From NCBI RefSeq assembly GCF_002803295.2, contig NZ_PGGB02000007.1:57414-89413 (forward strand): a stretch of 32,000 nucleotides of DNA. The letters run 5' to 3'. Below the pieces are notes generated by a model, which saw only the letters and a list, made by a program, of their open reading frames with translations, was not told the origin of the DNA and searched no databases. The stretch is from Caedibacter taeniospiralis. Its GTDB lineage: Bacteria > Pseudomonadota > Gammaproteobacteria > Francisellales > Francisellaceae. The translations under genes were made by a program, and so were the position numbers. This document shows, in pieces, positions 10,541-19,590 of the stretch. The first letter of the stretch is position 1, and each line of letters begins with the position of its first letter.

Positions 10541-11164
10541 TTATTCAAAAATACTCACATCCCCACTGCCAACGCGAAGCACGGTTGCGGGAGTTTCTGT
10601 CATATCGACAACGGTTGTTGGTTCATAGCCGCAATAGTCAGATTCCAAAATATAGTCAATCATCTGAGCACAAGGCTCATTGGCAAAGTCCTCACTATAT
10701 ACCAGCGCCGTGACCTCACCTGGCAAAATAAAGGTGGTACTTAACAATGGTTCGCCCAGCGCCTCACTAATCATGAGAGGCACAGGATGCTCTGGCACAC
10801 GGATGCCGATGGTTTTTTTGCTTTTGTTAAGCATGAGTCCTGGCACTTTGCTGGTTGCAGATAAAATAAAGGTATAGCCCCCTGGGGTGGCTCGCTTTAA
10901 CAAGCGATATGCCGTGTTATCCACCCTGGCATAATGGGCAATCTCTGATAAGTCACGACAGATCAGGGTAAAGTTATGCTTATCGTCCAGATCACGAATT
11001 TTCTTGATTTGCTGCAAGGGTTTTTTTAAACCCATTTTGCATCCCAAGGCATAACCTGAGTCTGTCGGATAGGCAATGACCTTACCCTCTTTTAATGCCT
11101 GGACGATTTCAGTTAATAGCGCCTTATTTGATGAGTATGGATTTATTTCAATATATTGGCTCAT
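10541..11164 (-). CDS. yciO: YciO / L-threonylcarbamoyladenylate-synthase-like (Sua5/YrdC/YciO family) protein
   Basis: VIAYPTDSGYALGCK...HNFTLICRDLSE...TIGIRVP is collinear with E. coli YciO. Confidence 0.85.
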   Translation of the reverse strand: MSQYIEINPYSSNKALLTEIVQALKEGKVIAYPTDSGYALGCKMGLKKPLQQIKKIRDLDDKHNFTLICRDLSEIAHYARVDNTAYRLLKRATPGGYTFILSATSKVPGLMLNKSKKTIGIRVPEHPVPLMISEALGEPLLSTTFILPGEVTALVYSEDFANEPCAQMIDYILESDYCGYEPTTVVDMTETPATVLRVGSGDVSIFE

Positions 11165-11234
11165 GGCGCATTCTTACTTTATACTGTTGCGAAAATTTGT
11201 GCCAAGTGTACCACCAACCCTCCCTGGAGAGAAC

Positions 11235-11771
11235 ATGAAGAAACTGCTTTTTGACTTTTTCCCAATTATCATCTTTTTTGTGATCTATAAAATGTATGAC
11301 ATCTATATGGCGACGGTTGCTTTGATTATCGCCACAGCGATTCAGTTGACCTACGAGGTAATCCGCTACAAAAAAGTTTCAATGATGCACGTCATTACGT
11401 TTGTACTTGTGCTTATCTTAGGTGGTGCAACAGTGTATTTCCATGATGAAGCACTAATTAAATGGAAGGTTACCATTGTAAATTGGCTATTTGGGGTGAT
11501 TTTTCTCTTCTCTACGTATCTTATGCAAAAACCGATTATTCAACGCTTAATGGAAGAAAATATCGAGCTTCCCCAAAAAATCTGGAAACGTTTAAATAAT
11601 ATCTGGGGCGTGTTTTTTCTGATCTTAGGAGCGATCAATCTTTTTGTGGCTTACACCTTCTCAACGGATATCTGGGTAGACTTCAAACTCTTTGGCATGC
11701 TTGGACTCACCCTGGTGTTTGTAATTGCCCAAGGTGTTTTTCTCTCTAAGCATATTGAGCATAAAAAATAA
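11235..11771 (+). CDS. yciB: Intracellular septation protein YciB/IspZ
   Basis: ATG at 11235 follows GGAGA. MKKLLFDFFPIIIFFVIYKMYDIYMAT is collinear with E. coli YciB. The ORF-track start at 11076 is a spurious extension that overlaps yciO. Confidence 0.9.
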   Translation: MKKLLFDFFPIIIFFVIYKMYDIYMATVALIIATAIQLTYEVIRYKKVSMMHVITFVLVLILGGATVYFHDEALIKWKVTIVNWLFGVIFLFSTYLMQKPIIQRLMEENIELPQKIWKRLNNIWGVFFLILGAINLFVAYTFSTDIWVDFKLFGMLGLTLVFVIAQGVFLSKHIEHKK

Positions 11772-11906
11772 TGTCCTGATTAACATCGACTCGGGGGAGG
11801 CGACTCGGCTAAAGACGCAGGGATAATTGTGTGCGTATTTTTATTGCCACAGCAGGCTTTTCCTATGCTAAACTTGGACGCAAAAAATTGCATTAAAGAG
11901 ATCCTT

Positions 11907-12101
11907 ATGTCTATACAAAAAAACATCCAAATCATCCAAGTACCACATGGTCAGCGCATCTGCTGCCCTATTCCAGAACAAGCCTCGTGGAATCAGCATC
12001 CACGTGTGTATATAGACCTAAACGACAACGATGAAGGGGTATGCCCTTACTGCAGCACACGCTTTGTTAGCAGAAAAAATTTCCCAGGATCACATGAATA
12101 A
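11907..12101 (+). CDS. Small zinc-finger (CHCC / NDUFS6-like) protein (64 aa)
   Basis: ATG at 11907 follows AAAGAG. The zinc motif is ICCP...HPRVYIDL...GVCPYCSTRF. The stop overlaps the waaF start by 8 nt. Confidence 0.65.
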   Translation: MSIQKNIQIIQVPHGQRICCPIPEQASWNQHPRVYIDLNDNDEGVCPYCSTRFVSRKNFPGSHE

Positions 12102-13149
12102 ATACTTGATTATTGCACCAAGCTGGGTAGGTGATATGGTGATGTCACAGTCTCTTTATCGCTACCTTAAACAGCTTGATCCTGAGTGTGTTATCGATAT
12201 TGCCGCACCAAAGCACTGCTGTGAGCTTACGCAATTTATGCCTGAGATTAACCAGACCTTCCCACTTGAGTTTAAGCACGGCGAATTTGGATTTCATGTT
12301 CGTAAACAAAAGGCGTGTGATTTTCGTCATCAAGGATATACCACGGCTATTGTCTTGCCCAATTCATGGAAATCTGCACTTATTCCTTTTTTTGCCAAAA
12401 TTAAAAAACGTACAGGCTGGCAGGGTGAGGCACGATTTTTTTTGTTAAATGATCGCAGACGCTTAAATAAAAGCAAATATCCTTTAATGATTGAGCGCTT
12501 TTGCGCATTGGCAATTGCCAAAACAGAAGACTTATCCCATGAGCTCCCTTTTCCTAAATTTGAATTAGAGGCTTCAAAAATTGATATAACTTTAGCTAAA
12601 TATCGTCTCATAAATAACAATAAGATTGTTGCTCTTTGCCCAGGTGCTGAGTTTGGTCCTGCGAAAAAATGGTCAACTGCTCATTACACAGAGCTCGCTC
12701 AATATTTACTAGATAGAAATTATCAAGTGATCTTATTGGGAGGCGCCAAAGATCAACAGACCACATCCGACATTAGCAAAAGCTGTAACCATCACGCCCA
12801 TTTATTTAATCTTGCGGGAAAAACATCACTCTCAGAAGTCGTCTATTTGTTAGCAAGCTGTGAGAAAGTCGTCAGTAACGATTCAGGACTCATGCACATT
12901 GCCTGTGCGCTTAACATTCCAACACTTGTCATTTACGGTTCAACTTCAGATAAATTCACCCCACCACTTAGTAATAAAGCAAAAAGCATCTATCTTCACA
13001 ATCTTCCGTGCCGCCCTTGCTTTAAGCGCGAATGCCCCTTAGGGCACATGGATTGCCTGAATAAGCTCACCCCTAAACTGGTTATTGCTGAGCTTGAGAA
13101 ATTGCCACCAAACTTGCCAGTATCATACTCGCATAGTCAGGATTACTAG
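12094..13149 (+). CDS. waaF: ADP-heptose:LPS heptosyltransferase II
   Basis: MNKYLIIAPSWVGDMVMSQSLYRYL is collinear with E. coli RfaF (ILVIGPSWVGDMMMSQSLYRTL), and LPNSWKSALIPFFA...RTGWQGE also matches. Confidence 0.9.
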   Translation: MNKYLIIAPSWVGDMVMSQSLYRYLKQLDPECVIDIAAPKHCCELTQFMPEINQTFPLEFKHGEFGFHVRKQKACDFRHQGYTTAIVLPNSWKSALIPFFAKIKKRTGWQGEARFFLLNDRRRLNKSKYPLMIERFCALAIAKTEDLSHELPFPKFELEASKIDITLAKYRLINNNKIVALCPGAEFGPAKKWSTAHYTELAQYLLDRNYQVILLGGAKDQQTTSDISKSCNHHAHLFNLAGKTSLSEVVYLLASCEKVVSNDSGLMHIACALNIPTLVIYGSTSDKFTPPLSNKAKSIYLHNLPCRPCFKRECPLGHMDCLNKLTPKLVIAELEKLPPNLPVSYSHSQDY

Positions 13150-13648
13150 GCACCCCTTCAACTTGCGCCATAGCTTCCTGGAAGGATTTTGAGCTTATTG
13201 TCAGTGAACAGCGTTGCAATGAAGGTAATGCCATTTTAATGGCAGGATATAGCTTATCGTCGATCTGTGAGATCACTGCCCTTAATTTTGTTAAATCGAC
13301 GTCCTTCTGATTAAAGCTTTTTGCATCAGCCGACCACTTAGCCAACCAATATTGCTCAATAAACTTTGACATATCCATCTGTATCTGCGTAAAAACCAGC
13401 GTTGGGTAGGCTGGCAGCATTTCTTTATCTGCAATAATTTTAACGTTTTGCAACACTTGAAGTTCACGATCTGGAGCATAAATACCACTTTTTTTGATAA
13501 ACTTATCCGCAGCAACCAACTGCATCACTTGTGCCCTTTGTGCAATCAGATCAAATGCCATGGTTAATTTAGTATTATCACACTCAGTGGCTTGCGCTGT
13601 GCTGCTCAATATTACTGCCATGAAACAAACCCTCTTTAATATACCCAT
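13082..13648 (-). CDS. Secreted (periplasmic, AroQ-gamma type) chorismate mutase
   Basis: Start at the ATG at 13646-13648 gives the signal peptide MGILKRVCFMAVILSSTAQA. LIAQRAQVMQLVAADKF...APDRELQVL...IEQYWLAKW matches the secreted CM pattern. The RBS is weak. The longer ORF-track version (to 13951) reads through an intergenic repeat. Confidence 0.7.
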   Translation of the reverse strand: MGILKRVCFMAVILSSTAQATECDNTKLTMAFDLIAQRAQVMQLVAADKFIKKSGIYAPDRELQVLQNVKIIADKEMLPAYPTLVFTQIQMDMSKFIEQYWLAKWSADAKSFNQKDVDLTKLRAVISQIDDKLYPAIKMALPSLQRCSLTISSKSFQEAMAQVEGVPSNPDYASMILASLVAISQAQQ

Positions 13649-13833
13649 CGCAAACCATTTTACAGACTTTCTGACATTGCATTTTGGCTGATTTTGAGTG
13701 ACTGAATTTTGATAATAGAGCTTGCTATTACCTGCAATCCAGTCATTCAAAATCCTCACAAACTGCTTTCCCATAAATCCCGCAAAATGATTTACGATGG
13801 GTATAGATATTTTCTGACGAAACAATACCTCCT

Positions 13834-13892
13834 CCCATAATCGCGTGTTGCGTAAGGGCGTATTGCATACGCCCTTGTGCTTATTCAAATAA
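13834..13892 (-). repeat. 59-nt intergenic repeat, copy 1, containing the hairpin GGGCGTAT-TGC-ATACGCCC
   Basis: The reverse complement aligns without gaps to 30374-30432 at 48 of 59 positions (manual alignment). The ends TTATTTGAATAA and ATTATGGG are shared. Confidence 0.8.
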
Positions 13893-14066
13893 CAGCGTGA
13901 GGTGACTTTTCCCACATTCGTAATCCCCGCCTTTTGCCACCTTTTTCCCAAATATATCTACATTCCTGGTGCAAAGCCAGCAGAATTTTAGAACCCCGCT
14001 TTTAATTTTGTGTATACTGCAAAGCTATGCTGTACCAGGCAGTATATCAAATTTTAATGTGGAGAG

Positions 14067-14552
14067 ATGACCATGGAAAATATTGCAAGTTTTAACATAG
14101 ATCACTTAAGATTAAAGCGTGGGATATACGTTTCACGCATTGATCGCTTTGATGTGGCAGTTATTACAACATTTGATATCCGCATGAAAGAACCGAATAA
14201 CGAACCTGTGATTGATATTCCTGCCCTTCACACGTTAGAGCATCTGGGGGCCTCTTTTCTAAGAAACCATACGCAATGGAAAGAGAAAACCAGCTACTTT
14301 GGTCCTATGGGATGCCGCACAGGGTTTTATGCCCTGTTTTCAGGCTCTCTTACCAGCACTGACATTATTCCGCTGATAAAAAAATTATTTCATTTTTGTG
14401 CTGATTTTCGCGGTAAAGTCCCTGGTTGCTCTGCTGCTGAGTGTGGCAACTGGAGGGATCACAACCTTGACATGGCACAATATGAAGCCAAAAAGTTTAT
14501 CGGCGAAGTTTTGAACAAGCTGCAAGCTGAGAATCTTAACTATCCTCAATAA
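14067..14552 (+). CDS. luxS: S-ribosylhomocysteine lyase (AI-2 synthase)
   Basis: HTLEHL metal motif, GPMGCRTGFY, and overall collinearity with LuxS. GGAGAG lies at 14061-14066, so the true start may be the second ATG at 14073. Confidence 0.9.
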   Translation: MTMENIASFNIDHLRLKRGIYVSRIDRFDVAVITTFDIRMKEPNNEPVIDIPALHTLEHLGASFLRNHTQWKEKTSYFGPMGCRTGFYALFSGSLTSTDIIPLIKKLFHFCADFRGKVPGCSAAECGNWRDHNLDMAQYEAKKFIGEVLNKLQAENLNYPQ

Positions 14553-14590
14553 CTCTAGTGATTAAGTTGGAAACACCCTGAGTGATTACC

Positions 14591-15601
14591 TTATTTTAAC
14601 CAGGTTTTTGATTTTTGATGGGCAATCTCACGCACCAGTTTTGGCACTAAATAGCCTGAGGTAATCGCTTTTAACTCATGATGAATTGCTTTGGCTTTTT
14701 CTTCATCAACATCAAAATGCTGCACCCCCTTTACTTTGTCTAGTACATGCAAGTAATAAGGCAATACACCTGCTTCAAATAGACGCTCTGACAACGCTTT
14801 CAACACTTCAGCATTATCATTAACGCCTTTAAGTAACGTTGCTTGATTTAAAATGCTAAATCCTGCTTCTTTTAACTGCTTAAATGCGCCAATCACATCC
14901 GCGGCAATTTCATTGCCATGATTGGCATGCACTACCATAATTTTTTGTAAGTGCGTCTTGTTAAATACTGCTAAGAATTCTTTCGTAACCCTCTTGGGTA
15001 ATACGATTGGGATTCTCGTATGAATTCGCAACCGCTTAATGTGAGGAATTGATTCTGTTTGTGCTACAAACCAGCTTAAGCGTTCATCATTGTGTAACAA
15101 AGGATCTCCCCCCGAAAAAATCACCTCATCAAGCTCTGCATGTTCTCTAATATAGTTAAATACGTGCGACCAGCTTTCTTTGGATTGAGTTTGAGCCTGG
15201 TAATCATATTCCCGACGAAAACAATATCGACAATGCACCGCACAGGCAGGATGCAACATCAGTAAAATCCGATTATGGTATTTGCGCAAAGCCCCTTTCA
15301 CAGGATTAAACTCACGTTCAGAGAGTGGGTCACTCACATAGTTATCTGCTCGATCAAGCTCAAATTTATCCGCTAGCACTTGTTTTAATAAGGGATCATT
15401 AATATCCCCTTTTTTCATTCTCAAGGCAAAACTATACGGTATACGCATTGGAAAGTTTTCGATGACAGGGACCCTGTAGCTATTTGGGTTTAATTCTAAA
15501 AACCGTGCTAAGGTTTGCCAATCTTTAAAGCCTTGATTTAAGGCAATTTTCCAATCTGCGCTGGCTTTATCCTGTTGCCCCTCTGGTTTTTCGTGTATCA
15601 T
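14591..15601 (-). CDS. epmB: EF-P beta-lysylation protein EpmB (lysine 2,3-aminomutase-like radical SAM enzyme)
   Basis: CAVHCRYCFRR radical-SAM cluster motif and YjeK-like length. The ATG at 15599-15601 was chosen. The gene is divergent from efp. Confidence 0.9.
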   Translation of the reverse strand: MIHEKPEGQQDKASADWKIALNQGFKDWQTLARFLELNPNSYRVPVIENFPMRIPYSFALRMKKGDINDPLLKQVLADKFELDRADNYVSDPLSEREFNPVKGALRKYHNRILLMLHPACAVHCRYCFRREYDYQAQTQSKESWSHVFNYIREHAELDEVIFSGGDPLLHNDERLSWFVAQTESIPHIKRLRIHTRIPIVLPKRVTKEFLAVFNKTHLQKIMVVHANHGNEIAADVIGAFKQLKEAGFSILNQATLLKGVNDNAEVLKALSERLFEAGVLPYYLHVLDKVKGVQHFDVDEEKAKAIHHELKAITSGYLVPKLVREIAHQKSKTWLK

Positions 15602-15650
15602 GTTCGGCGTTTTGAAATGAAGTAGCGCTAATATACTAGAGAGGATAGAG

Positions 15651-16220
15651 ATGGCAAGTTTTAGTACAAATGAATTTAAAAATGGCTTGAAATTATTAAT
15701 CGATGGCAACCCAATGGCAATTGTTGAGAATGAATTTGTCAAACCAGGTAAAGGTCAGGCGTTTAATCGTGTTAAATTGCGTAACTTAAAAAATGGTCGT
15801 GTCATTGAGAAAACATTCAAATCAGGGGAATCTGTTGACGGTGCTGATGTACTTGAAGTTGCCGCAAGTTACTCGTACTTTGATGGTGAGTATTACGTGT
15901 TTATGCAGGATGAAACCTTTGAACAATATAATATTAACGAGACGGCTTTGGGCGAAAGTAAAAAATGGATTAAAGAACAGGATCCCTGCTCAATCACACT
16001 ATTTAATGGTGAGCCGATCAGCGTCACCCCGCCTAATTTTGTCCAATTAAAAATTGTTGAAACTGATCCAGGTCTAAAAGGTGACACCGCAGGCTCTGGT
16101 GGCAAACCTGCAACTCTAGAAACAGGGGCTGTAGTGAAAGTTCCGTTATTTGTCCAAATCAATGAAGTGATCAAGGTTGATACGCGCACAGGTGAATACG
16201 TTTCTCGCGCAAGGGAGTAA
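15651..16220 (+). CDS. efp: Translation elongation factor P
   Basis: [21 protein letters not shown]...[16 protein letters not shown] is the canonical EF-P sequence, including the modified Lys loop. Confidence 0.97.
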   Translation: MASFSTNEFKNGLKLLIDGNPMAIVENEFVKPGKGQAFNRVKLRNLKNGRVIEKTFKSGESVDGADVLEVAASYSYFDGEYYVFMQDETFEQYNINETALGESKKWIKEQDPCSITLFNGEPISVTPPNFVQLKIVETDPGLKGDTAGSGGKPATLETGAVVKVPLFVQINEVIKVDTRTGEYVSRARE

Positions 16221-16224
16221 GCCC

Positions 16225-16776
16225 GTGAGTGAAACGACTGAGCCCAAAAGCAATCTCATTTGGCTTGATCTTGAGATGACAGGTCTTGAGATTGAGCGTT
16301 GTCATATTATTGAGATTGCTGCCATCATCACCGATCCAAACCTGAATGTACTGGCAGAATCGCCTGCCATTGCAATTCACCAAAGTGATGATGTTTTAGC
16401 CAATATGAACTCGTGGTGCATAAAGGCTCATGGTGAATCTGGATTAACTGCGCGCGTGCGTCAAAGTAAGGTGGGTACGAGCGAAGCTGAAAAGCAAATA
16501 CTTGATTTCATTAAACCCCATGTCAATAAAGGTCAATCGCCCTTGTGCGGCAATTCTATCTGGCAGGATCGCAAGTTTTTAGCCAAATATATGCCGACAC
16601 TTGAAGGTTACTTTCACTATCGTTTGTTTGATGTCAGCTCATTTAAAATCGCAGCATCATTATGGAAACCCGAACTTCTAGAACAATTTACCAAAAAAAA
16701 TACTCACCTGGCATTGGATGATATAAAAGAATCAATCGAAGAAATGAAGTTTTATCGAGACCATTTTTTAAACTAA
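16225..16776 (+). CDS. orn: Oligoribonuclease
   Basis: GTG at 16225 follows AAGGGAG (16211-16217). [13 protein letters not shown]...[12 protein letters not shown]...HYRLFDVSS...[12 protein letters not shown] is collinear with E. coli Orn. Confidence 0.92.
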   Translation: MSETTEPKSNLIWLDLEMTGLEIERCHIIEIAAIITDPNLNVLAESPAIAIHQSDDVLANMNSWCIKAHGESGLTARVRQSKVGTSEAEKQILDFIKPHVNKGQSPLCGNSIWQDRKFLAKYMPTLEGYFHYRLFDVSSFKIAASLWKPELLEQFTKKNTHLALDDIKESIEEMKFYRDHFLN

Positions 16777-16965
16777 ATTGTCGATATTAGATATGATCAC
16801 TGAGCAAATAATGCCTATTACACTTCAAGTTATTTTGACTTGGCTCTTTTGGTGTTTCAGGGAGGTATAAAAAAAGTGATGACGGTGTTGTTTAATTCCC
16901 ATAAATATCGTAGTTTTATGACAATTAATTCAAACCTGGCACAGCTCAGGTAAAGGGATAACGAA

Positions 16966-17100
16966 GTGATTAAGATTCAAGATTTGCTAGATGAACAGTA
17001 ATGTTATGAAAAGGTGCGCGCATTACGTTGGGCAGATGGAGTGAGCTGTCCACATTGTATGGCGTCATCAGAAGAAATTGTAAAGAGAAGAAAAATTTAA
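16966..17100 (+). pseudogene. IS1595-family transposase, N-terminal zinc-ribbon fragment with an in-frame TAA
   Basis: VIKIQDLLDEQ*CYEKVRALRWADGVSCPHCMASSEEIVKRRKI*. The stop at 16999-17001 sits where this family normally has Lys (KCYEK). The fragment ends at 17098-17100. Confidence 0.7.
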
Positions 17101-17233
17101 ATGCGTGAGAATTACGTTTTAAACAGAAATAAGCAATTAGTTAAAGACTATAAAACTGTCGGTTCCACATTAGTAGCTAGTCTCAAAGTAATTAATAATA
17201 CAACAAGTATTAAAGTATAACAAATGAAAATAA

Positions 17234-17530
17234 ATAGGGTGCCTCGGGCCTCATGATAGATTTTGTATATCCATACACAAAATCGAATCGGCTATCCTCG
17301 GCGGTATAAATTTTGCCCGGGCCGCCCGCCTCAACGGTGCTTGTCCTCACAAATTCGCTACGCTCATTCCGAACAGACAACACGTTTCCGATTCTACTCT
17401 ACGCCTTGGGTAAAAGCTTTTTCACAGACTTCGCTCTGGCGCCTTCGGCACGTCGCTTGCTGATCAACAGCGCAAGGCTACCCGGGTCTACTCGCCCTCG
17501 CGTTCCGCTATCCATGGCTCGCAGCGATTG
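17234..17530 (+). mobile_element. GC-rich ORF-less repeat element, copy A, lying inside the IS1595 remnant
   Basis: The first 55 nt are identical to 31946-32000. A subterminal hairpin lies at 17259-17284 (GATTTTGT...ACAAAATC). GC-rich runs such as cccgggccgcccgcctc and gcgccttcggc occur in an AT-rich context. The right boundary is approximate. No convincing ORF is present. Confidence 0.6.
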
Positions 17531-17641
17531 AAGAAGTAATAATATTCAACGAACATAAAACTTGCAAATTGATATATCTATCACAAAACGATTGAACTCT
17601 GAGAAGGAATTGCTGAAATCAGCGAGTTGGTTTTACTTAAA

Positions 17642-17951
17642 GGTGATAATGTATGCGATGAAGTGTACGTTGTTGCCGGACACAAAAGGTCAGCCAGCTC
17701 AGGTTAAAAAAGGTCGCAAAGGCAGGAGAAACCGATTGAAAGGAGCAAGAGGTCGAGGCACTTTGGAGAAAGAAAAGCCTCCTATATTTGGGATGATTCA
17801 ACGTGGAGGAGAAGTGGTTATTCAGATGCCTCCTGATGTCAAACAAAAGACGATTAAACCGCATATTGAAGCGTGCATACAGCCTGGTAGCAAGGTATAT
17901 ACAGACGAGTATGCAATCTATTCCAATTTAACGAGTTATTGTCAAATTTAG
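17642..17951 (+). pseudogene. IS1595-family transposase, DDE-domain fragment (frameshifted and 3'-truncated)
   Basis: GDNVCDEVYVVAGHK is followed by a +1 shift in the A-run near 17683-17687. The sequence then reads GQPAQVKKGRKGRRNRLKGARGRGTLEKEKPPIFGMIQRGGEVVIQM...VYTDEYAIYSNL. It loses similarity at about 17930. Confidence 0.75.
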
Positions 17952-17959
17952 TGTATGGC

Positions 17960-18145
17960 TTAAGCGGCATTTTGTTTATCCTGTTTTATTTTGTCTACTT
18001 CATGCTCAGAGATCCCATCAATAAATTTAACCATATTAATCACCTCAGCCAGTCGCTGATGGCCTCTTAATCTCGACCAGGTTTTCTCAGCCTGTCTAGC
18101 AAGTTTAAAGAAAGCGCAAAGTAGCTTTGGGTAATCAGGCATCAT
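17960..18145 (-). pseudogene. C-terminal fragment of an IS256/Mutator-family transposase
   Basis: FKLARQAEKTWSRLRGHQRLAEVINMVKFIDGI matches the conserved IS256-family C-terminus (AEK.WRRLRG...L..VI.GV.F.DG). Only about 60 codons remain. Confidence 0.6.
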
Positions 18146-18174
18146 TTTGCTGGAACGGTACTCTGCGACAGAAC

Positions 18175-18855
18175 TTACCTGTTTATTGAGTAATTTTGGT
18201 TAATTCGGTTTTCAAAGTCTTGTTTTGATTCAAACATAGTCTTGAAGGGTGTGTTGAAAGGCTCTTTTGTTTCCGTAAAATATCCCTCTACAATATTATT
18301 TGACCAATTTTTGTCTTTCGATTTCATATTCATTATTTCGTACGCCTTTTTAGACGAAATTTCATTAATTTGGTTTAAAGTAAAATGGTTATACCTCCCC
18401 TTTTCATCATGTGTTTTGAAATACTTTGAAAGTTCATGTGTTGATATTTCATATACTCCTTTATTAGGTTCAAAGTATAACGATTTTTCGCTGTTAATTA
18501 CATTAACTGCTATTATATGACCTGTTTCTTTTTTATCGTGTCGCATCTCTATATTATAAAGCCCTGGAGGAGAATTGATAATTAAATTTGCTAAGGTCTC
18601 CATGGTATTTGATTTGAATAAAGTTTTACTTTCTAAAAACTGTTCAGCATAAATTTTATCTTCATCTTCTTTTATTAGACTAACTTTAGTTTGTATCAGA
18701 TCAGCAATAGTTGAACTTACATAAGCATCTTTTGTTTTTTTTACGAGCTGGTTGTGTGAAAAGTTAACGACAGCTCCAAAGCACCTCCCACCTACAGGAG
18801 CACCTAAAAATGCTTTTCCACGGTTATTAAATGTTATCAGTTTTTTTTGGGGCAT
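18175..18855 (-). CDS. Candidate YopT/C58-like papain-fold cysteine protease (effector-like, very AT-rich)
   Basis: The Cys/His/acid spacing fits: GGRC(25)FGAV, TGH(113)IIAVNV, YFE(129)PNKGVY. The last motif resembles the fDPN.G motif of YopT/AvrPphB-type proteases. No signal peptide is present, and the composition is much more AT-rich than the core genes. Confidence 0.45.
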   Translation of the reverse strand: MPQKKLITFNNRGKAFLGAPVGGRCFGAVVNFSHNQLVKKTKDAYVSSTIADLIQTKVSLIKEDEDKIYAEQFLESKTLFKSNTMETLANLIINSPPGLYNIEMRHDKKETGHIIAVNVINSEKSLYFEPNKGVYEISTHELSKYFKTHDEKGRYNHFTLNQINEISSKKAYEIMNMKSKDKNWSNNIVEGYFTETKEPFNTPFKTMFESKQDFENRINQNYSINR

Positions 18856-19130
18856 TATTTTATTCCTTATTTGTTTGTGATGTCATGTTAGCGAATTCAG
18901 TGTAAATAAGATATGTTTGAAGATCAAGACCATTGAATTAAAGTCATCAAAATGACTGGGCTCTTCTGCGTTTCTTGTTGGTATGGAATTCAGTAGCCAT
19001 AAGGGTTAGAATGAGTGTAGTAAAGCAAAACAGCCCTGCAACCTAGTAAAGATAAGCGACCAATCAGCAAGTTCTTTTCCGTTTTTTCTTACTCGACCAA
19101 ATAGCTATTGCCACTATCATCATATATAGC

Positions 19131-19508
19131 TTATTCCATAAATACTTTACGTATTGCTTGTGTAATCGCCTCTGCATATCCCAATAAAAAACCGGTGAAA
19201 AAATTACAAAAATAATGAATATCTTCTTTAGAAAAGAGCTCGTCATTTGGAGCGTGATAAGCCTCACTAGATCCTGATTCAGAGGTGTCGACTATTTGTC
19301 TTATATCGAACTCTATATAAGACCGCATATGAAACATGTGCAACAAATAAGCGCTGGATTTTGCCTCTTTTTGCACCTCTAACTCAAACATGAAGCTAAA
19401 TGATCCCTTCCAAGAATCATAATATCCATCACTATATCCTGTGGGGGATTTTAAGGATTGATATATTTTGGGGAGGTTAAGAACATCCTCGGACAAAATA
19501 TGCCCCAC
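19131..19508 (-). CDS. Hypothetical protein (125 aa, GTG start)
   Basis: This is an open reading frame only. It is AT-rich, has no recognised motif and no clear RBS. Confidence 0.3.
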   Translation of the reverse strand: MGHILSEDVLNLPKIYQSLKSPTGYSDGYYDSWKGSFSFMFELEVQKEAKSSAYLLHMFHMRSYIEFDIRQIVDTSESGSSEAYHAPNDELFSKEDIHYFCNFFTGFLLGYAEAITQAIRKVFME

Positions 19509-19590
19509 CGAAAAATAATTCGTGGGAACGAGGAGATAACTCAGTCAAGTGTGACTATTTTGCTTTAGGCATCACTTGTTGCATAAAACC

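Noticed and set aside
12434-12441. T8 tract inside waaF as a phase-variation switch
   Set aside because: The tract is short and encodes conserved FFL residues. There is no evidence of slippage.
13649-13951. Long N-terminal extension of the chorismate mutase ORF
   Set aside because: It reads through the 59-nt intergenic repeat and precedes an obvious signal peptide. The start at 13648 is more plausible.
15602-15742. N-terminal extension of epmB (ORF track 14591..15742) overlapping efp
   Set aside because: The extension is hydrophobic nonsense and crosses the efp start. An internal ATG at 15601 gives a normal-length EpmB with a divergent intergenic region.
17263-17531. ORFs 17263..17463 and 17313..17531 inside the GC-rich repeat
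   Set aside because: They are Arg/Pro/Ser-rich translations typical of GC-rich noncoding sequence. They have no RBS and they overlap each other.
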